From the human T2T-CHM13v2.0 reference genome, Homo sapiens, in assembly GCF_009914755.1 (NCBI RefSeq), contig NC_060944.1: 64,000 nucleotides of DNA. One strand, given 5' to 3'. Below, in pieces: positions 41,399 through 55,405 of this stretch. Numbering within the stretch: position 1 is the first letter of the stretch; each line of letters opens with the position of its first letter. The position numbers and the translations under genes are program-made. Below the pieces are notes generated by a model, which was not told where the DNA came from, searched no databases, and worked only from the letters and a program-made list of their open reading frames with translations.

Positions 41399-42453
41399 AG
41401 TTCTGTGTGTGGATTTTAGCTGCTTCAAAAACTTAATGAGTTGCCAGCATCTCTGGTTTCAAAAAAACTGCAATTCTAAGAGTACCTTAGATTTGTGACC
41501 TCGTTGTCCACTCCACTTACCTACAGGGAAGACTATCTTTGAAATAACAAAAAATATAAAAACTTAAAACGTTATTATAGTTCTAAAGACTAGTAAAAAA
41601 AATCAGAATGAACTATAACTGTGTGGCAGGTTGCATTTCCCAAATATAATATAATAAACATACAATTATTAAACAGAACAATCAACTATGCCATTACTGT
41701 GTTGCAAGATACCTGCTGTGTAACTCTCTTGTTTAACTGTCTTTTCTCAGGGATAGAGATGCATGAACTTTGGAGAAAATGGGCTGAAGAGGGAGACAGA
41801 ATCATAACAGTCTGCTTCTCCTTTATTCATCTCTCCACTTAAAGCCCTGGTATTGATGGATCCCAATGCAAAAGTTCCATTCTCTTTGTAATCTCTCTTT
41901 ATGGTTTTCTAATACTCAATTAATATTAAGAAAATTTTTTTCAGCAACTTACTTCTAAATTTGGTGTCTAAGATTTTTCTCTCCTCAGAATTTACAGACA
42001 AAATATAAAACTTTTGGAAGATGCAAGTGTTCACAGCCTTCCTGACACTTTTACAACACTTCATGCCCTCAAAGCCCAGGAACAATAGTAATTTTCTTGT
42101 TTATTAACATTTCCAGGAAAGAATCACTACTTGCTTCTGCACCTCATCTCTGTTTTCAGATTCGCCAGATTCCACAAAGTCAAATCTAAAACTTACAGAT
42201 AATTCCTCTTTCTTCACTAAAATGCTTAAATATATTAAGATCCTGTCTTTAAAAAGAAAGAATAGAGTTTCATGTGGCTCAATAGAAAAGACATGTTCAA
42301 CAGGATTAATTTAATTAAAAAGCAAAACCAAAATATGAATAAAGGGGAAGCCCAGTTATTAGTCAGGGCCTCCTCTTCCAAGTCAAGAGACAGTAACGCT
42401 GACACATGGTGTCCACAGCAATAACCCGGGAACATTTGAAGATAACCTGCCTG

Positions 42454-42932
42454 TGTAACCAAACCCAGGTTCAACTGCTTGCCCCTAGAAAACCAGATTT
42501 GAGAGACAAAGGTTGGTGGGAGGAAAAGCAGGTTTATTTGGAGAGCCAGCAAACTGACAGGGTGGTGGACTATTGTCTTAAAGCACCATTTTAAGTTAAT
42601 ATAAGTTGCAGCCTCTTTTTATGTTAAGGGCAGGGGGAAAAGGAGGGAACTGGGATCAATGGGTAATCCATGAACATGGACAGCTGTGTGCCAGCGAGGG
42701 TCTGAGTAGGTTGGGAACTTCTTTATCCTTGGTCAGGTCACAATGTTCCTGTAAATCTTTAACAAAACATAGTTGTTTACATACTTCTTTAACCCTAGAG
42801 TTTAAAAAAACTACATAATTGCTGTTTTGCATATTATCTCAGTGCACTAAACTATCCTAGCTTATGTGCAGGAATAGGTAAAGCCCCTTAAACAAAAATG
42901 GAGTTAGTTGTATTAGTCCTTTTGCTGTTTCA
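42454..42932 (-). mobile_element. ERV1 (MER4-group-like) solo LTR
   Basis: TG...CA bounded 479-bp unit. The minus strand starts tgaaacagcaaaaggactaatacaactaactccatttttg and carries AATAAA (tttatt at 42533-42538) near its 3' end. Confidence 0.7.
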
Positions 42933-43487
42933 CTGTTATACCTGGACCTCATGCACTGAGATACAGATTGAATAGAGCTGGGTCAAGACCTGAGTGTTGG
43001 ACTCTTGAGGCCACATGGGTGATTTTAATGCCCAGACAGGGCTGAGGTCTTGATTAAGTGAGAGGAGTCTTTCTTCCCTTCTACAGCGACTACAGGAGTT
43101 GGGAAGAAGCAAACATTCTAAATGCCACTTTTTTGAGCAGTGTTGTGTTGGGTATGGTAGTAGGTATGTAAGAAGAGGGTAAAATTTATATCTCTTAAAA
43201 TTTCTTTTTTTACTTACAGAATTTTTCTCTCCCACAAGCTACTTGCCTTATAGTCTAGCTTGTTGGGGAAATGCACAGAGTGGAGCAAATCTTGTTTTTC
43301 TTTTCTTCATTTTTCATCTAAGATCAGATTCAAATCTCTTTGAATCCCAGTAATATAAACTCTGGGTTTTGGTGGATCTGAGAAATGACAGGAATAATAA
43401 ACATTTATGAAATATCCAGAAGTTGAACCAAATAGCAAATTTGGGTGACAAAGCGCCACCTCTAGTCTAAGCAGGTGTAGAGGCTAA

Positions 43488-43897
<410 letters not shown>

Positions 43898-44046
43898 AGG
43901 TGTTCTTAATCTAAATATGAGTGGGCTGGCTTTTCTTTCAAACAAGCTGTATTCAGCAGCTCCTGGAGGCTTAAATAACTTTTACAGGTAAGGCTGTAAG
44001 CTAAGCCACAAATCAAACTTACCGCCATTGCAGTCTTGGCTTTATA

Positions 44047-44742
44047 GTTTTGCCTTTTCTAGAATGTCATGTAGTTGGAATCGTGCAGTATGTAGCCTTT
44101 TTAGATTGGACTTTTTCACTTAGTAATATGCATTTAAGGTTCTCCTATGTCTTTTCACGGTTTGATAGCTCATTTTTGTCAGCACTGAATAGCATTCCAT
44201 TGTGTGGATGTACCATAGTTTATTCATGCATTCACCTACTGAAGACCACCTTGCTTTACTTCCAAGTCTTAGCAATTATAAATAAAGCTGCTATAAAAAC
44301 ATATGTGCAGGTTTTTGTGGGGACATAAGTTTTCAACTTCTTTGGGTAAATACTCAGGAGTGTGATCGCTGGGTCATATGGTAAGAGTATGCTTAGCTTT
44401 GCATGAAACCACCAAACTGTCTTTCAAAGTGGTTGTACCATTTTGCATTCCCACCCGTATTAAACAAAAGCTCCAGTTTCCTCATGTCCTCACCAGCATT
44501 TGGTGTTGTCAGTGTTCTGGATTTAGGGCATTTTAATAGGTATGCAGTGTTATCTCATTGTTTTAATTTGCATTTCCTGGATGATAAGCATCTTTTCATA
44601 TTTATTTACCATCTGTGTATCTTCTTTAGTGAGGTGTCTGTTCAGATCTTCTGCCCTTTTTTAACGGGGTTGTTTTCAAAACTCTTCAAGAGTTCCTCAT
44701 ATATTTGGAAATAGTCCTTTATCAAATACATCCTTTGCAAAT
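44047..44742 (-). mobile_element. L1MB fragment
   Basis: ttttgccttttctagaatgtcatgtagttggaatc...cctcaccagcatttggtgttgtc. Confidence 0.8.
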
Positions 44743-44930
44743 AAGAAGTGTGGCAACATAGTAAGGGCAGAACTGCAAAATAGAAGAAAACCTGAGTCTG
44801 TAATGATCATGAGATGTCTTAACGGGCTCAGTATCTTAACTCTGCATATCTTTTATGTGATAGAGAAAAATGTCTGTCTGCTTTTTTGCATTTTTTTTTG
44901 AAAGAAAAAGAAAGTTGAAAGAAAAAAAGA

Positions 44931-44986
44931 GGAAGGAAGGAAGGAAGGAAGGAAGGAAGGAAGGAAGGAAGGAAGGAAGGAAGGAA
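44931..44986. repeat. (GGAA)14 microsatellite
   Basis: Perfect tetranucleotide run. Confidence 0.97.
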
Positions 44987-45439
44987 AAAGCAGCATGGTG
45001 CTATTAATTTCCTTCCAGGCTGGGAATCTTCCTCCCCTCACCCAGCATCCAGGACATAAGAAGTAATCAATGCACATATGTTGATTGTGTCCCAAGAAGA
45101 AAACGTATTATAACCCTGTGTTCTTTGTTATAACGCCACAGTGATTATGTGAGAAGATAATTTTGAGCACAACTTTTAGTCTCAATACCTTCTCTTCTAC
45201 TCTTTGTTCCCGTGGTGCTTTTTGTTTTGTTTTAGAGTTGTCACATTTTATCTTGGCAACAGTGTGGTTCACATCCACTGTTCATGCTTTATCCCCTTCC
45301 TCTGGGGCAAAGCCTCTCCTCTCTGGGTCACATTTCAAGGAGGAGCTGCCATCACAGAACCCTGACCTTTTGGCTATAGCTAAGTGAACTGGAGTCCTTC
45401 CCTGGGATTTTTCAGAATCTTACCCCAAAGCCTATTACA

Positions 45440-46070
45440 AGCCTCCATTCTCTCTCTCATGTGCTGTTGAATAGCCTCCAATTAGATGCCTTGTTTCCTT
45501 CCCCCTCCTGACCTCCCACAGACTAGTCTCAGTCAGTTTCTCCAAAACTCTATTCAGATCGTGTCAATTATCTTCTCGATTCTCTCTTTTGACTTACCAT
45601 CTCACTCTGGATGAAATGCAGGACTTTCATCATTTCCCACGAGCTCCCTCACTTCATTTCCAGCCACTCTCCTCTTGCTGCCATGATGTTCCCTGTACAT
45701 GCCGGGCACACTCCGACCTTGGGGCCTTGGCATTTCCTCCACCTAGAACCTTCTTCCCACCACCCTTCTTCCCAGCTTACATCAGTGGCTTACCCCTCAC
45801 ATAAGTTTCAGCTTGAATGGCACCTTAATAGAGAGGCCTTCTCTAAACTTCTAACACAAAATAATCCCCTGCCGGCACTCTCTAGGCACATAGCCTGCTT
45901 TTTTATTCTTAGCACTTAACACTACCTGATGTTCAGGCATATTCTTTATTTGTTATCTGTCTCCTCCCATGAAATTTTAGCCTTTACGAGAGAAGAGACT
46001 GTTTTTGTTCACTGCTATTTCTCCAGCATTGAAGATAGTGTAGGTCCTCAACAACAAACATGTTGAATGG
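45440..46070 (+). mobile_element. L2 3' portion
   Basis: gttcactgctatttctccagca...tgttgaatgg L2 end. Confidence 0.6.
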
Positions 46071-46839
46071 CTGTCTTACTAACCCATTCCCTTGTTGAAT
46101 ACTTCTACGCTAATGTTTTCAACCAAGTCCGAAGAACTTCTGAACGGACACATTTATAAATGTCTTAGGTAATAAAGGAACACGAAGAAGCTCAAAAATA
46201 ATCTTATAAAAGCCCTTCTTTTTAAAGATGAGAATCTGAAACCCAGGGTGGGCTGAGTGAAGTCCCTAAGAACACACAGCTATTCATTGCACAGTTGCTT
46301 TGGCAAAAAAATAAAAACCCCGGCTGAAGCTGTTTACCAGCCTCACAAAGGAAGGCACCCATGCTGCATGTGAGCCTCTCCTGATTTCAATTGCATCTGG
46401 AAAGCTCTGAGCAGGAAGCAGGTGCAGCCAGCTGGCTTTGTTGTCTCACAGGCCAAAGCAATATATGGCCTTGACCTAAGCATGCTTTCAAAGAAGGGAC
46501 TGTGGAAGCCGTAGAACAGAAGGTCTCCCTTCCCCTCCTCCTGTCTCTCATTATCTTTGACTACACAAATGGATTCAATAAATATCTGTCAAGTAAACAA
46601 CTCCCAAGTCCCTGGAGCCAGAAGTGGGACAGCATGAGGGAACATGCCCGCGGGGCACAGATCCTCATGCCTGGTTTCTTTCTCCCAGTTTCTGTTCCTT
46701 CCCCACCTTCTTACTGCATATCCACACTCTCAAGAGGACAGTACGTTACAATGATAAATGATTCCCAACTTGTTTGATAGCAGAGCTCTGTTCTCAAGGA
46801 ATCCCAATTAGAATCTCATGGATTTTTTCCAACACACTT

Positions 46840-47010
46840 TGAGAAATGCTGGCATAACATAGAATCGTAAAGTGTGAGGCAGTACTGGTTGGTCTTTTGT
46901 AGGATTCCCTCCATTTACAAGTGAGGGAACTGAGGTCTAGAGAGGTTTAGTGAAAAGCCAGAATCACCCATCCAGTTACCACAGAGCACACTCCATGTGT
47001 TGGCCTTTCT
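46840..47010 (-). mobile_element. MIR fragment
   Basis: ccatttacaagtgagggaactgaggtctagagagg. Confidence 0.55.
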
Positions 47011-47289
47011 ACTAACCCAGGCCACCTAGTTAATTATGCCAATGTTGATATCTGGTGAAGAATGAAATTCAATTGCATCATTCCCATACAATGCAATTCT
47101 TAAGTAAGGTACTTGTGTAGATAATTAAACCCTGCAAAGAGTTTATACGAATTTATTTAATAAAACACAACTTGTATAGTATACTTACATATATACACAA
47201 TGCATGTTTATATATGTATATATGTATTATATATACATATATGTACATATATAATATATATACATACATACATGAAGATATCTCTGTGA

Positions 47290-48050
47290 AGCTTCAGATA
47301 TATAAGGCATACAGAATAATATAAGAAACACTGTGCACAGACCATCCAGTTTAAGATGTAAAACATTCAAAATACTGGTGAATCCTTCTATTTAACCCAC
47401 CTTAGAGCATTATGACTTTAATATGAATTTCCTAATTACCCTTAAGGTTGAATGCATTTTTGTATGTTCATTGACTATTCATGTTTCCTCTTCTAAAAAT
47501 TCATAATGTAACTAGCCAATTTTTCTATTGGAGTGTTCATCTTTGTTAGAGTTCTTTATATTTTCTGGAAATGAATCCTGATCATATACACTGATTATAT
47601 ATATATTTATGTGTGTGTGTATATATATATACATATATATATATGATTTTTTTCCAGACTGTGGCTTGTCTTTTTAATTTCTCATTTTGGCCTACAAGAA
47701 ACATAGGGTTCTAGTAAATTTAAATTTATTACTTTAAGTTTTGTGATTTTTAACTGTGAGAAATTCTTCCCTACTCAAAGTTCATAAAGATATTCTTCTA
47801 TAGTTTCTTCAAAAAAACTTAATGATTTGCTGTTTATGTTCAGGTCTTTAATCCAACCTGGAATTTATATTTACAACATAGATTGTGAAGGAGGGATCCA
47901 AATTTATTTTTTTCATATAGTTAAGTAATGATCTCATCACTATTGAATATTTCATCCTTCCTCCATAGATTTGCAATGCCAGGTCTGCCATTTGTTGTTC
48001 CCATGTCTGCATGGACCTGTTTCTGAGTCCTCTCTTCTGTCCCATCATGT
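47290..48050 (-). mobile_element. Old L1ME fragment with (TA)-rich tracts
   Basis: ttccagactgtggcttgtcttttt; ggtctttaatccaacctggaattt. Confidence 0.55.
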
Positions 48051-49469
48051 GGTCTCCTGAAGCCATAAAGCTGACAGCAGATCTGAGTTTTCTTTTTCCT
48101 AATACAAAATCACAAAAGCTGGGTTATGGGCCTGCAAGACCTTCTTTTACTATCCCCCTTTACTTGAGTGTACATTCATTAATTTCTACAATAAAGAGTT
48201 AAGCAAACAGGTAACTACATTAGTAAATTATCAAATGCATTGCTGTGTTGCAGTTGCTTATAGGTTATAGTGCTTGGGGCCTCCAAATCTCTGTTTTTTG
48301 GTTCTTCTCTTTGAAAGAAGGGTGTCTTCTTCTCATCCACCACCCATTGTCCTGGCTAACGACATTCAGCCCTAATGACTGACCCATTGGGAGCATTTGC
48401 TGACTGCCCTCAGGCTGTGCTGGCTGGTTGGCCTTTATCCATGTCTCCCTCCAACAAGGCTCTTATCCCAGTGTATCTTGGGCCTGGATTTTCCTGTCCA
48501 TTTTTGCCTTTACACTGAGCTCCCTGAGAGTAGGAATGTTGTCATGTATATTTGTTTATCCATAATCTAGCAAATTATAGACAGTGGCGCCTTATGACTA
48601 TTGGACAAAAGACAAACTGGATAAGTAAATAAATATGAGTAAATGCTTAAATATTCTGTTAGGACTCACGATAAGTCAATAGAAAAAAAATGAAGAAACA
48701 AGCAGGTTGCTGACTCATAAATTTGGCCCTTAAAGTCTAATCAGTGCTGGGATGATTCCAAATGCTAAGACCCAGATTCCATCAGCAGAAGGACTGGAAA
48801 AAGCCCATCCTAAAAAGTAGTGTGTCTGGGAATATCAGCCAAATATGTTAACTAATGCATGTGAAAGCATTTTGCAAACATAAAAGCCCTACACTCCTAT
48901 ACAAAGTAACGTAGCAAAACTATTATTAATGGCAACTTCTGGTAACTCTTACAATATTCCTCATTGCCTTTTGCATTTCGAAAACAGTAGCTTTTTAGAA
49001 ATCCAAGCTGCATGGGAGAAATAATCAAGATCATTTCCTAAAAACATGAAGAAAAACAGAGTATGGATCTATCAACAAAGCAGACAGCACAATTCAGCAA
49101 AGAGCTCAAAGATAATATGACCTGCATGCCCCACCTTGATGACAGTTTGAAATGCACTTAGGAAAAATGAAAACCTTTTAACAGCAGTACTGATTATTAG
49201 TGAAAGCATATAGATAGTGTCTGTTTTGAGTGGTGCAACATTTTCTTTTTGTTTTCTGGATCAAGCACAAGTAGTTTCATGTTACTGCTACAAGTTGTTT
49301 TCAGCAAGAGAGGAAAAAGCTTCCATGGAATAGGAGTCAGCAAGACAATTCTCTTCCCCATTCTACCACTTACTATTACATAATATCTCCTCTACTTTTC
49401 TTTTTTTTTTTTTCCTTTTATTGCTCTGAAGAAGTAGCAAGATGCTAATTCCAACAGCACAAGGAAAAC

Positions 49470-49635
49470 GACCTATAATCTTAAAAATTAAATACCAGGA
49501 AGTAATGACTAACGATTATCTTTACAGAGAAGAATCTGGAGCCCAGAAAGGTGAAGCGATTAGACACAAGATCACATGGCCAGTGAGCTGCAAGCTTTCC
49601 TGACCTTAAATCAAGTGATCTATCCCCTCCTCTGT
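49470..49635 (-). mobile_element. MIR fragment
   Basis: tttacagagaagaatctggagcccagaaaggtgaagcga...caagatcaca. Confidence 0.5.
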
Positions 49636-50552
49636 GGATTTTTTAATTAATCTGCATTACAACCCAAGTAGAATGAGTCAAGCGGATAATATGTAATGCC
49701 TTTTTGGACCAGAAAAAAATTGGGGCAATTTGGTAATTGGACCACAGATGGCTTTGGTGATAAATTAGCAAAAGATTCCAGGCATTCTTGCTGCTGGATA
49801 CCATGCATTAGATGGTGTCACCTCAGAAGCTTAAGACTAAATTTTCTACCCAGAAGATTCTGGGTAGAATTATTTTTCAGATAAAAATGCCTTTATTTAC
49901 TTAGCACAGTATGAGACTACAGAAGGCAGTGAGGTGTGGCATGTGGTTTTATAAAAATTAATAAAAAGAGTGTCAGAGGAGAAGGAAAAGCAAAAACAGA
50001 TGTGTAAGCGTGTATAATCAGAAAGGCATTATGTACATAATCCTAGCAGCTTTATTCAATGGTTTATTCCATCTCAGTAATCATGTTGGTAGATGAGCTA
50101 ATTGCAAATTTGTTAAATATTCATAACCAACGATTTCTGCTAAGTGACAATGAACTGTCACAGTTGAAAGGATTACAGATCCTACTGTGACATGATTTCA
50201 TAGGCCGCTTCCTGTCATTGCCCCCATATCCTATCGATCCACTTTCTACCTATGACACCGATATTAAAAAGTAGGGCAAAGTTGTCACAAGTGCCCAGGT
50301 ATGGAGAAGCAGACAGCAAGCAATGGCCTGTCAGTTCGACAGCAAATGAAATACTGAGGCTAATGCCTGCAGGTTTCGAGCTCAAAGCTCTTCTCCAATG
50401 CCCAAGATTTTACAAGTAGGCTTGAGGAATACATTGTTCAGAGATCTATTCCATTCTCAACTCCTTTATGTAAACACTGCCCTACTGAAGTAGAGAAACT
50501 AGAATAATGCTTAAAATTATTTTCACCAGTGAATTTCTTCTGACTCATAGAG

Positions 50553-50712
50553 CCTCGCTACTTAAAGTTGTGGTCTTTGGACCATGGGCATCGGCATCAC
50601 CTGGAGTCTGTTAGACATGCAACATCGCAGGCCCCACTCCAGATCTGCTGCCTCAGGATCTGCATTGGAACAGGATTGGCATCCCCAGGTGACTATTATG
50701 CACTTTGAAGTA
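50553..50712. mobile_element. MER5A-like MITE
   Basis: ctacttaaagttgtggtc...gcatcggcatcacctggagtctgttagacatgca...ccccaggtga...gcactttgaag. Confidence 0.72.
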
Positions 50713-51289
50713 TAGAGGAAAGCACTTCAACTTTTTCAAGAGAAACAGTATATTTTGTGACTGCAGATCACATGGGCATAGAAGTTTAGATGAAATAATC
50801 CAAAGACATGGGATTCTGATTTTTCAGGTGATCTGTTAATCCCTGAAGTGCATCTGGAGGTTAGCCCATCGGTTCTGCAAATCTTCATAATTTCCATAGT
50901 TACTGTAGTAACCATGGTTAGTACCTTTCCTTTGTCCAGCAGGTGGGAATTTCGGTCTTTTACTGCTCTCTGTCAGCTGTCATGACATGCCACATGAGTT
51001 GAGTTTATTCACAGGTTTTCCATGTGACCCAAAGTACATTTTGTAGGTTAATTTCTTGGAATTCTTACCTTTTGTTGGGCGGTTTCCTCATTCAGTCAGA
51101 ATCTGCTTACATCTCCACAGACACTTCAATCTTTCTTATATACCTGCTCATTGACAAGCCTACATTTGCCAATATCTGGTTATTCTATTCATAAAACAGG
51201 TTTTTCATTTCACTCTTACATTTGCCATGACAGTCATGATTGATCAACTAATTCCTTGCCTGTGTACTCACAGTCATGTGATCAGTCAC

Positions 51290-51510
51290 TCTTTATCAAA
51301 CATCTAAGTGCCAGGTTCATTGCTCAGTACTGTACATATATTATCTCTAATTTTCTCAGCAAAACAGTATAATAAGTGCTGTTTCCTCCATATACAGATT
51401 AAAAAATAGTTTCAGAAAGCTTAAGTTATTTGCCCAAAGCCACACAGCAAATAAATAATGAAGTCTAGATTAAAATACAGGTGAGCCTGAGTCTAAACTG
51501 GTTTCGTCAC
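51290..51510 (-). mobile_element. MIR
   Basis: gtgccagg...ttaagttatttgcccaaagccacacagc. Confidence 0.65.
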
Positions 51511-54500
51511 ACTCTCCTATTACTATTTGGCAATTTGCATCATTACAATCACAATTTTGCATTTGCACAACAACATTATTGATCCCTCCTAGATGTTATA
51601 AGCATTGATTTCAGATTATGTTATGTCCATACTTTTTATTTGAAAAAGAAATGGCAACAAATTAACCCATGTTCCAGTAAGGTCTCTTTAGATTGCAAGA
51701 AAGAGAAACTCACTTAAAGTAGCTTAAATAAAAAATAAGTGAAAATGTTCAGGGACAAGAAACCCACCTGGGCCCCATGGGGACCAAGGCAAGGAACATG
51801 GAGGATGGGAGCCATGAGCCAGAAACATCTCCCAGGGCCACAGTGTCTGTCTCCAACTTGTTCTCTGGTTGAGCCTTCCTGACTCACAGCTACACAGCAC
51901 ACCAGCCTCCTCTGGTTAGAAGAACACTCCCAACTGCAAGAAACAGCCTTTTTGTGTCCAAGTGGAAAGGGCCCCACTGTGAAAAGCCTCCTTTTCCACA
52001 GCCCACCCAAACCTGCTGAAGAGACCACAGTCCCTAATGAGAAGAAGTGAGACACAGAAGTGTTTTAACTTTTAGCAGACTCGATCCTTGCTTCATTAAA
52101 ATATTATAAAACCCAGCACCAGAGAGCTATGGAGGAATATCTGGTCCTGTGGTCCTTCACCCCTGGGTCTAAATATCTGCATTTGATTCTTGCTGGGGTT
52201 CTCCCACAAAACCATGACTTTTCAAGCAGGAGAATTCTGGCCCAAGTTTCAAGATATTGTTGTAAAATTAATGTCTTATTGCCTTCTTTCTCAATAGTTG
52301 ATGGCCCCCAACTGGTTATCTTGACCTTAGATTTGTATAATGAATCAGAAGTTTGTGAAAGAGAGATGCTTAGGCAGCTGAAATGTTCATGAAACTATAC
52401 TTGTTATGCTTTCAGATCTACAGGTTCCAAGCATATCCTCCTAAATGTTGTAGCCCTCACAACTGGTCATTCTAGAACACTTCTGCTTAATTGTTTTGAA
52501 CATAGCCGAGTGTGACCACCTGGCCAACTGTACACAACTCTTCAGGTCTGAAACCTGGCATCAGTCAAATTTCCCTCTGTGTTTTCTAATCCAATTATGG
52601 GAAGACCAAGCCTGGTCCTTCCTTGCGTCTGTCTCCATCCCTAGTCAATTACCTGTGTCTATGGGCATGTTTAACAAAATCCCTTAAAACGCTGTTTGTT
52701 AGAAGCCATGCAAACTTGAATATTTAATTCAGTCAACAATCATTCATTCATACATAAAATGAGCATTTACTCAAGGTATATTAATCTCAACAAAAAAATT
52801 ACATAGACCTGGACCCTGCCATGAAATCCTGTGGACTTATGCAAGGCGGGAAGTGACATGGGGTCATGGAACAAACACATGTTTGGTAGTACAAAAAAGT
52901 GAACTGGGAGAATTATGTACAATAAGTGCATGTCAGTGTTAACACTGAATCTAGAAGCAGACTTGAAGGGGTCCAATGTAAAAACTCCTTTTTCTTTTTT
53001 TTAATTTGTAATATTTATGGAGTAAATGAGAAATTTGGTTACATGTATATAGTGCATAGTGGAAATTTTGTTTTCAAGCATAGTAGTTGGTTCCATTTCT
53101 ATGTTACGAGACCACCAAGATGCATATTTGAATAGTGTATTGCTGTTCCCAGTATCAATATGTCAAATGCCTAACTGCAGAGATGAGTATCTGGTATCAC
53201 AGATGAAACAGGCTGCTATAGATAAATGATGTTTATATCAATTTTTCATTAAAAGAAGTCTAAACACATGAGGATAAAGACATCTCAAAAATGTCTCATA
53301 CACTTCTCTGCCTTCTAAAACATGACACATTAAATATTTGAAAACTGAGAGTCAATGTGCAAAAAATTGTACCTTGCTAAATTAAAATGATGACCTCAAG
53401 GGAAATAAAGAATTTGCTCCTTCACTGGGTTTGTTGTTACTATTGTTCTTTTTAAAATGGTTTCTATGCCTTTCCTTTTGTTGGGAGTTGTAACTTTCTT
53501 GCTGCTTTCATTGTCTTTATGCAGTTACTAGATTTGCCTCTTTCCACTTACAACTGGCTGCTTCTAATCTGCTAAGGGTGGAAATTAGGTCATAGGGACT
53601 GTTACAAACATGAGTAAAGTGAGGGATAAAAGACTCAGAATTAGGAACTCTGTGTTCTCTTGTAAATTAAAGGCAGGAGATTTAGATAATAAACATTCTC
53701 ATATCTACTGTGGATATTCAAAATGCCTTTTGTATGCTCATTACAAGTTTCCAACTGTGTTCCAGCTAGAAGGTGTGAGGTACATGATAGCTGTACTACT
53801 AAGGATTTGCCATGAAGTACAGTGATCTATAAAAGAATATTCCAGACAAGCAGTTCCTTACATCCACCTCCATGCCTGAAGAAGGGATGTTAGTCCATAG
53901 CTCTTAGAGCTGCAGCCTTGTGGAGAGGACAGTGCGGGCAGTGAGGGGGATCCCTTCCCATTGCAAGGGGGCTCTGTTCCTCCTGCCCCAAGGCAAGGCA
54001 GCGGTGTGAGCTTCTCTCAAGATTCAGGGAGATGGCATCGCATGCCTGAGTTGCAGTCTGGTCGTGCAGCAGATCTGTCACTTACTTACTAGAGCTGGGA
54101 AAGAACAGAATTGGAGAGAGATGAGAGGACAGAAGGGCAGTCTCCCTCCCACTGGTTGCTGTGTCAGCAAGAAGCAGATTTCCTATCAGTCAAGTGGACA
54201 GTAAAGAAAGTAACTGGTCTACAAGAAGGCTGCCGCCTGCAGTGTACAGCTACCAGTGGCAAGATCTGAGCAGGTACAGAGAAACTGAGCTGGGCAGGGA
54301 GCCCTGTGTGAAGGACAACACAGCAGGGGAGACGTAGACCATGTGGTGGACAACAAGGGCCAGTCAGTACTAGCAGCAGAAGTATTTTTTCTTGAACACG
54401 CACTGATTTTTTTATTCAGATCTTCAAACCCTTTGTTTTTAAATAAGAAACAAATCCACATGGTTTTAAATTTAAAAGTTTATAAAGGGAATAGTATGAA

Positions 54501-54880
54501 AAATAAGCCCTGCCTTCTACCCCATCCCCAACCATCCAGTTCCCCAAGCCCCCTCTCAATAGGCAAATACTGTCACTAACTTCTTGTGCATCTTTTCAGA
54601 AATATTCAAAACATCCTCAAGCATATGCATAATATAAGTAAGTATGTGGATATGGGGGAGTCTGTATTTTTTACCAGTGGTAGCATACTTCACACATGTT
54701 TAGTACTTTGCATTTTTTCATTTAAAGCAACATCTTGTCAACCTTTATGTATCAGAAATGACATAATATCCCATTTTATGGGTATGCCATAATTTATTTA
54801 ATCAGCTCTCCATTGATGGGTATTTGGGTCATTTCCAGTCTTGAATTATGACAAACAATGCTGCCATGTATAACCTTGAC

Positions 54881-55262
54881 GTGATAGGCTGAAAAATGAT
54901 CCCCCAAAGATAATAGTCCCGATCCCTGGATCCTATGAATGTTACTGGATATGACAAAGATTTTGCAGTTGTGATTAAATTAAGGTTCTTGAGGTGAGGC
55001 AATTACTCTATATTACCCAGGTTGGCCCTATGCAATCACATGTATCCTTATAAGAGAGAGACAGAGGGGAATACATGGAAGAAGAAGATGTGGGAGCAGA
55101 GTAAGAAGAGATTTGAAGATGCTATTGCCTCAAGACCACAGATGCCAGAAACCCCCAGAAGTGGGAAGAGGCAAGGCACAGATTCTCCCCTAGAGTCTCC
55201 AGATGACGTGTGGCCATGCTGACACCTTGGTTTTGACCCAGTGATGCTAATTTCAGACTTCC
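54881..55262 (+). mobile_element. MLT1C/D-like LTR, 3'-truncated
   Basis: gtgataggctgaaaaatgatccccc...gattctcccctagagtctccaga...tttcagacttcc. Confidence 0.78.
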
Positions 55263-55405
55263 ATTTCATTCCATTTCATTCAAATATCCATTTGCATCCA
55301 TTGCCATTTGTCTGTTGTGGTTTTGATACTTTGTCTAATCAATTTACAGGAATGGTCATGTGTTCAGGTAACTAACTCTTTGCATCTTAGTTGCAATTTG
55401 TTTTT

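Noticed and set aside
43451-43470. CTCF-like motif (agcgccacctctagt)
   Set aside because: Only the 3' half of the core matches; unsupported without ChIP data.
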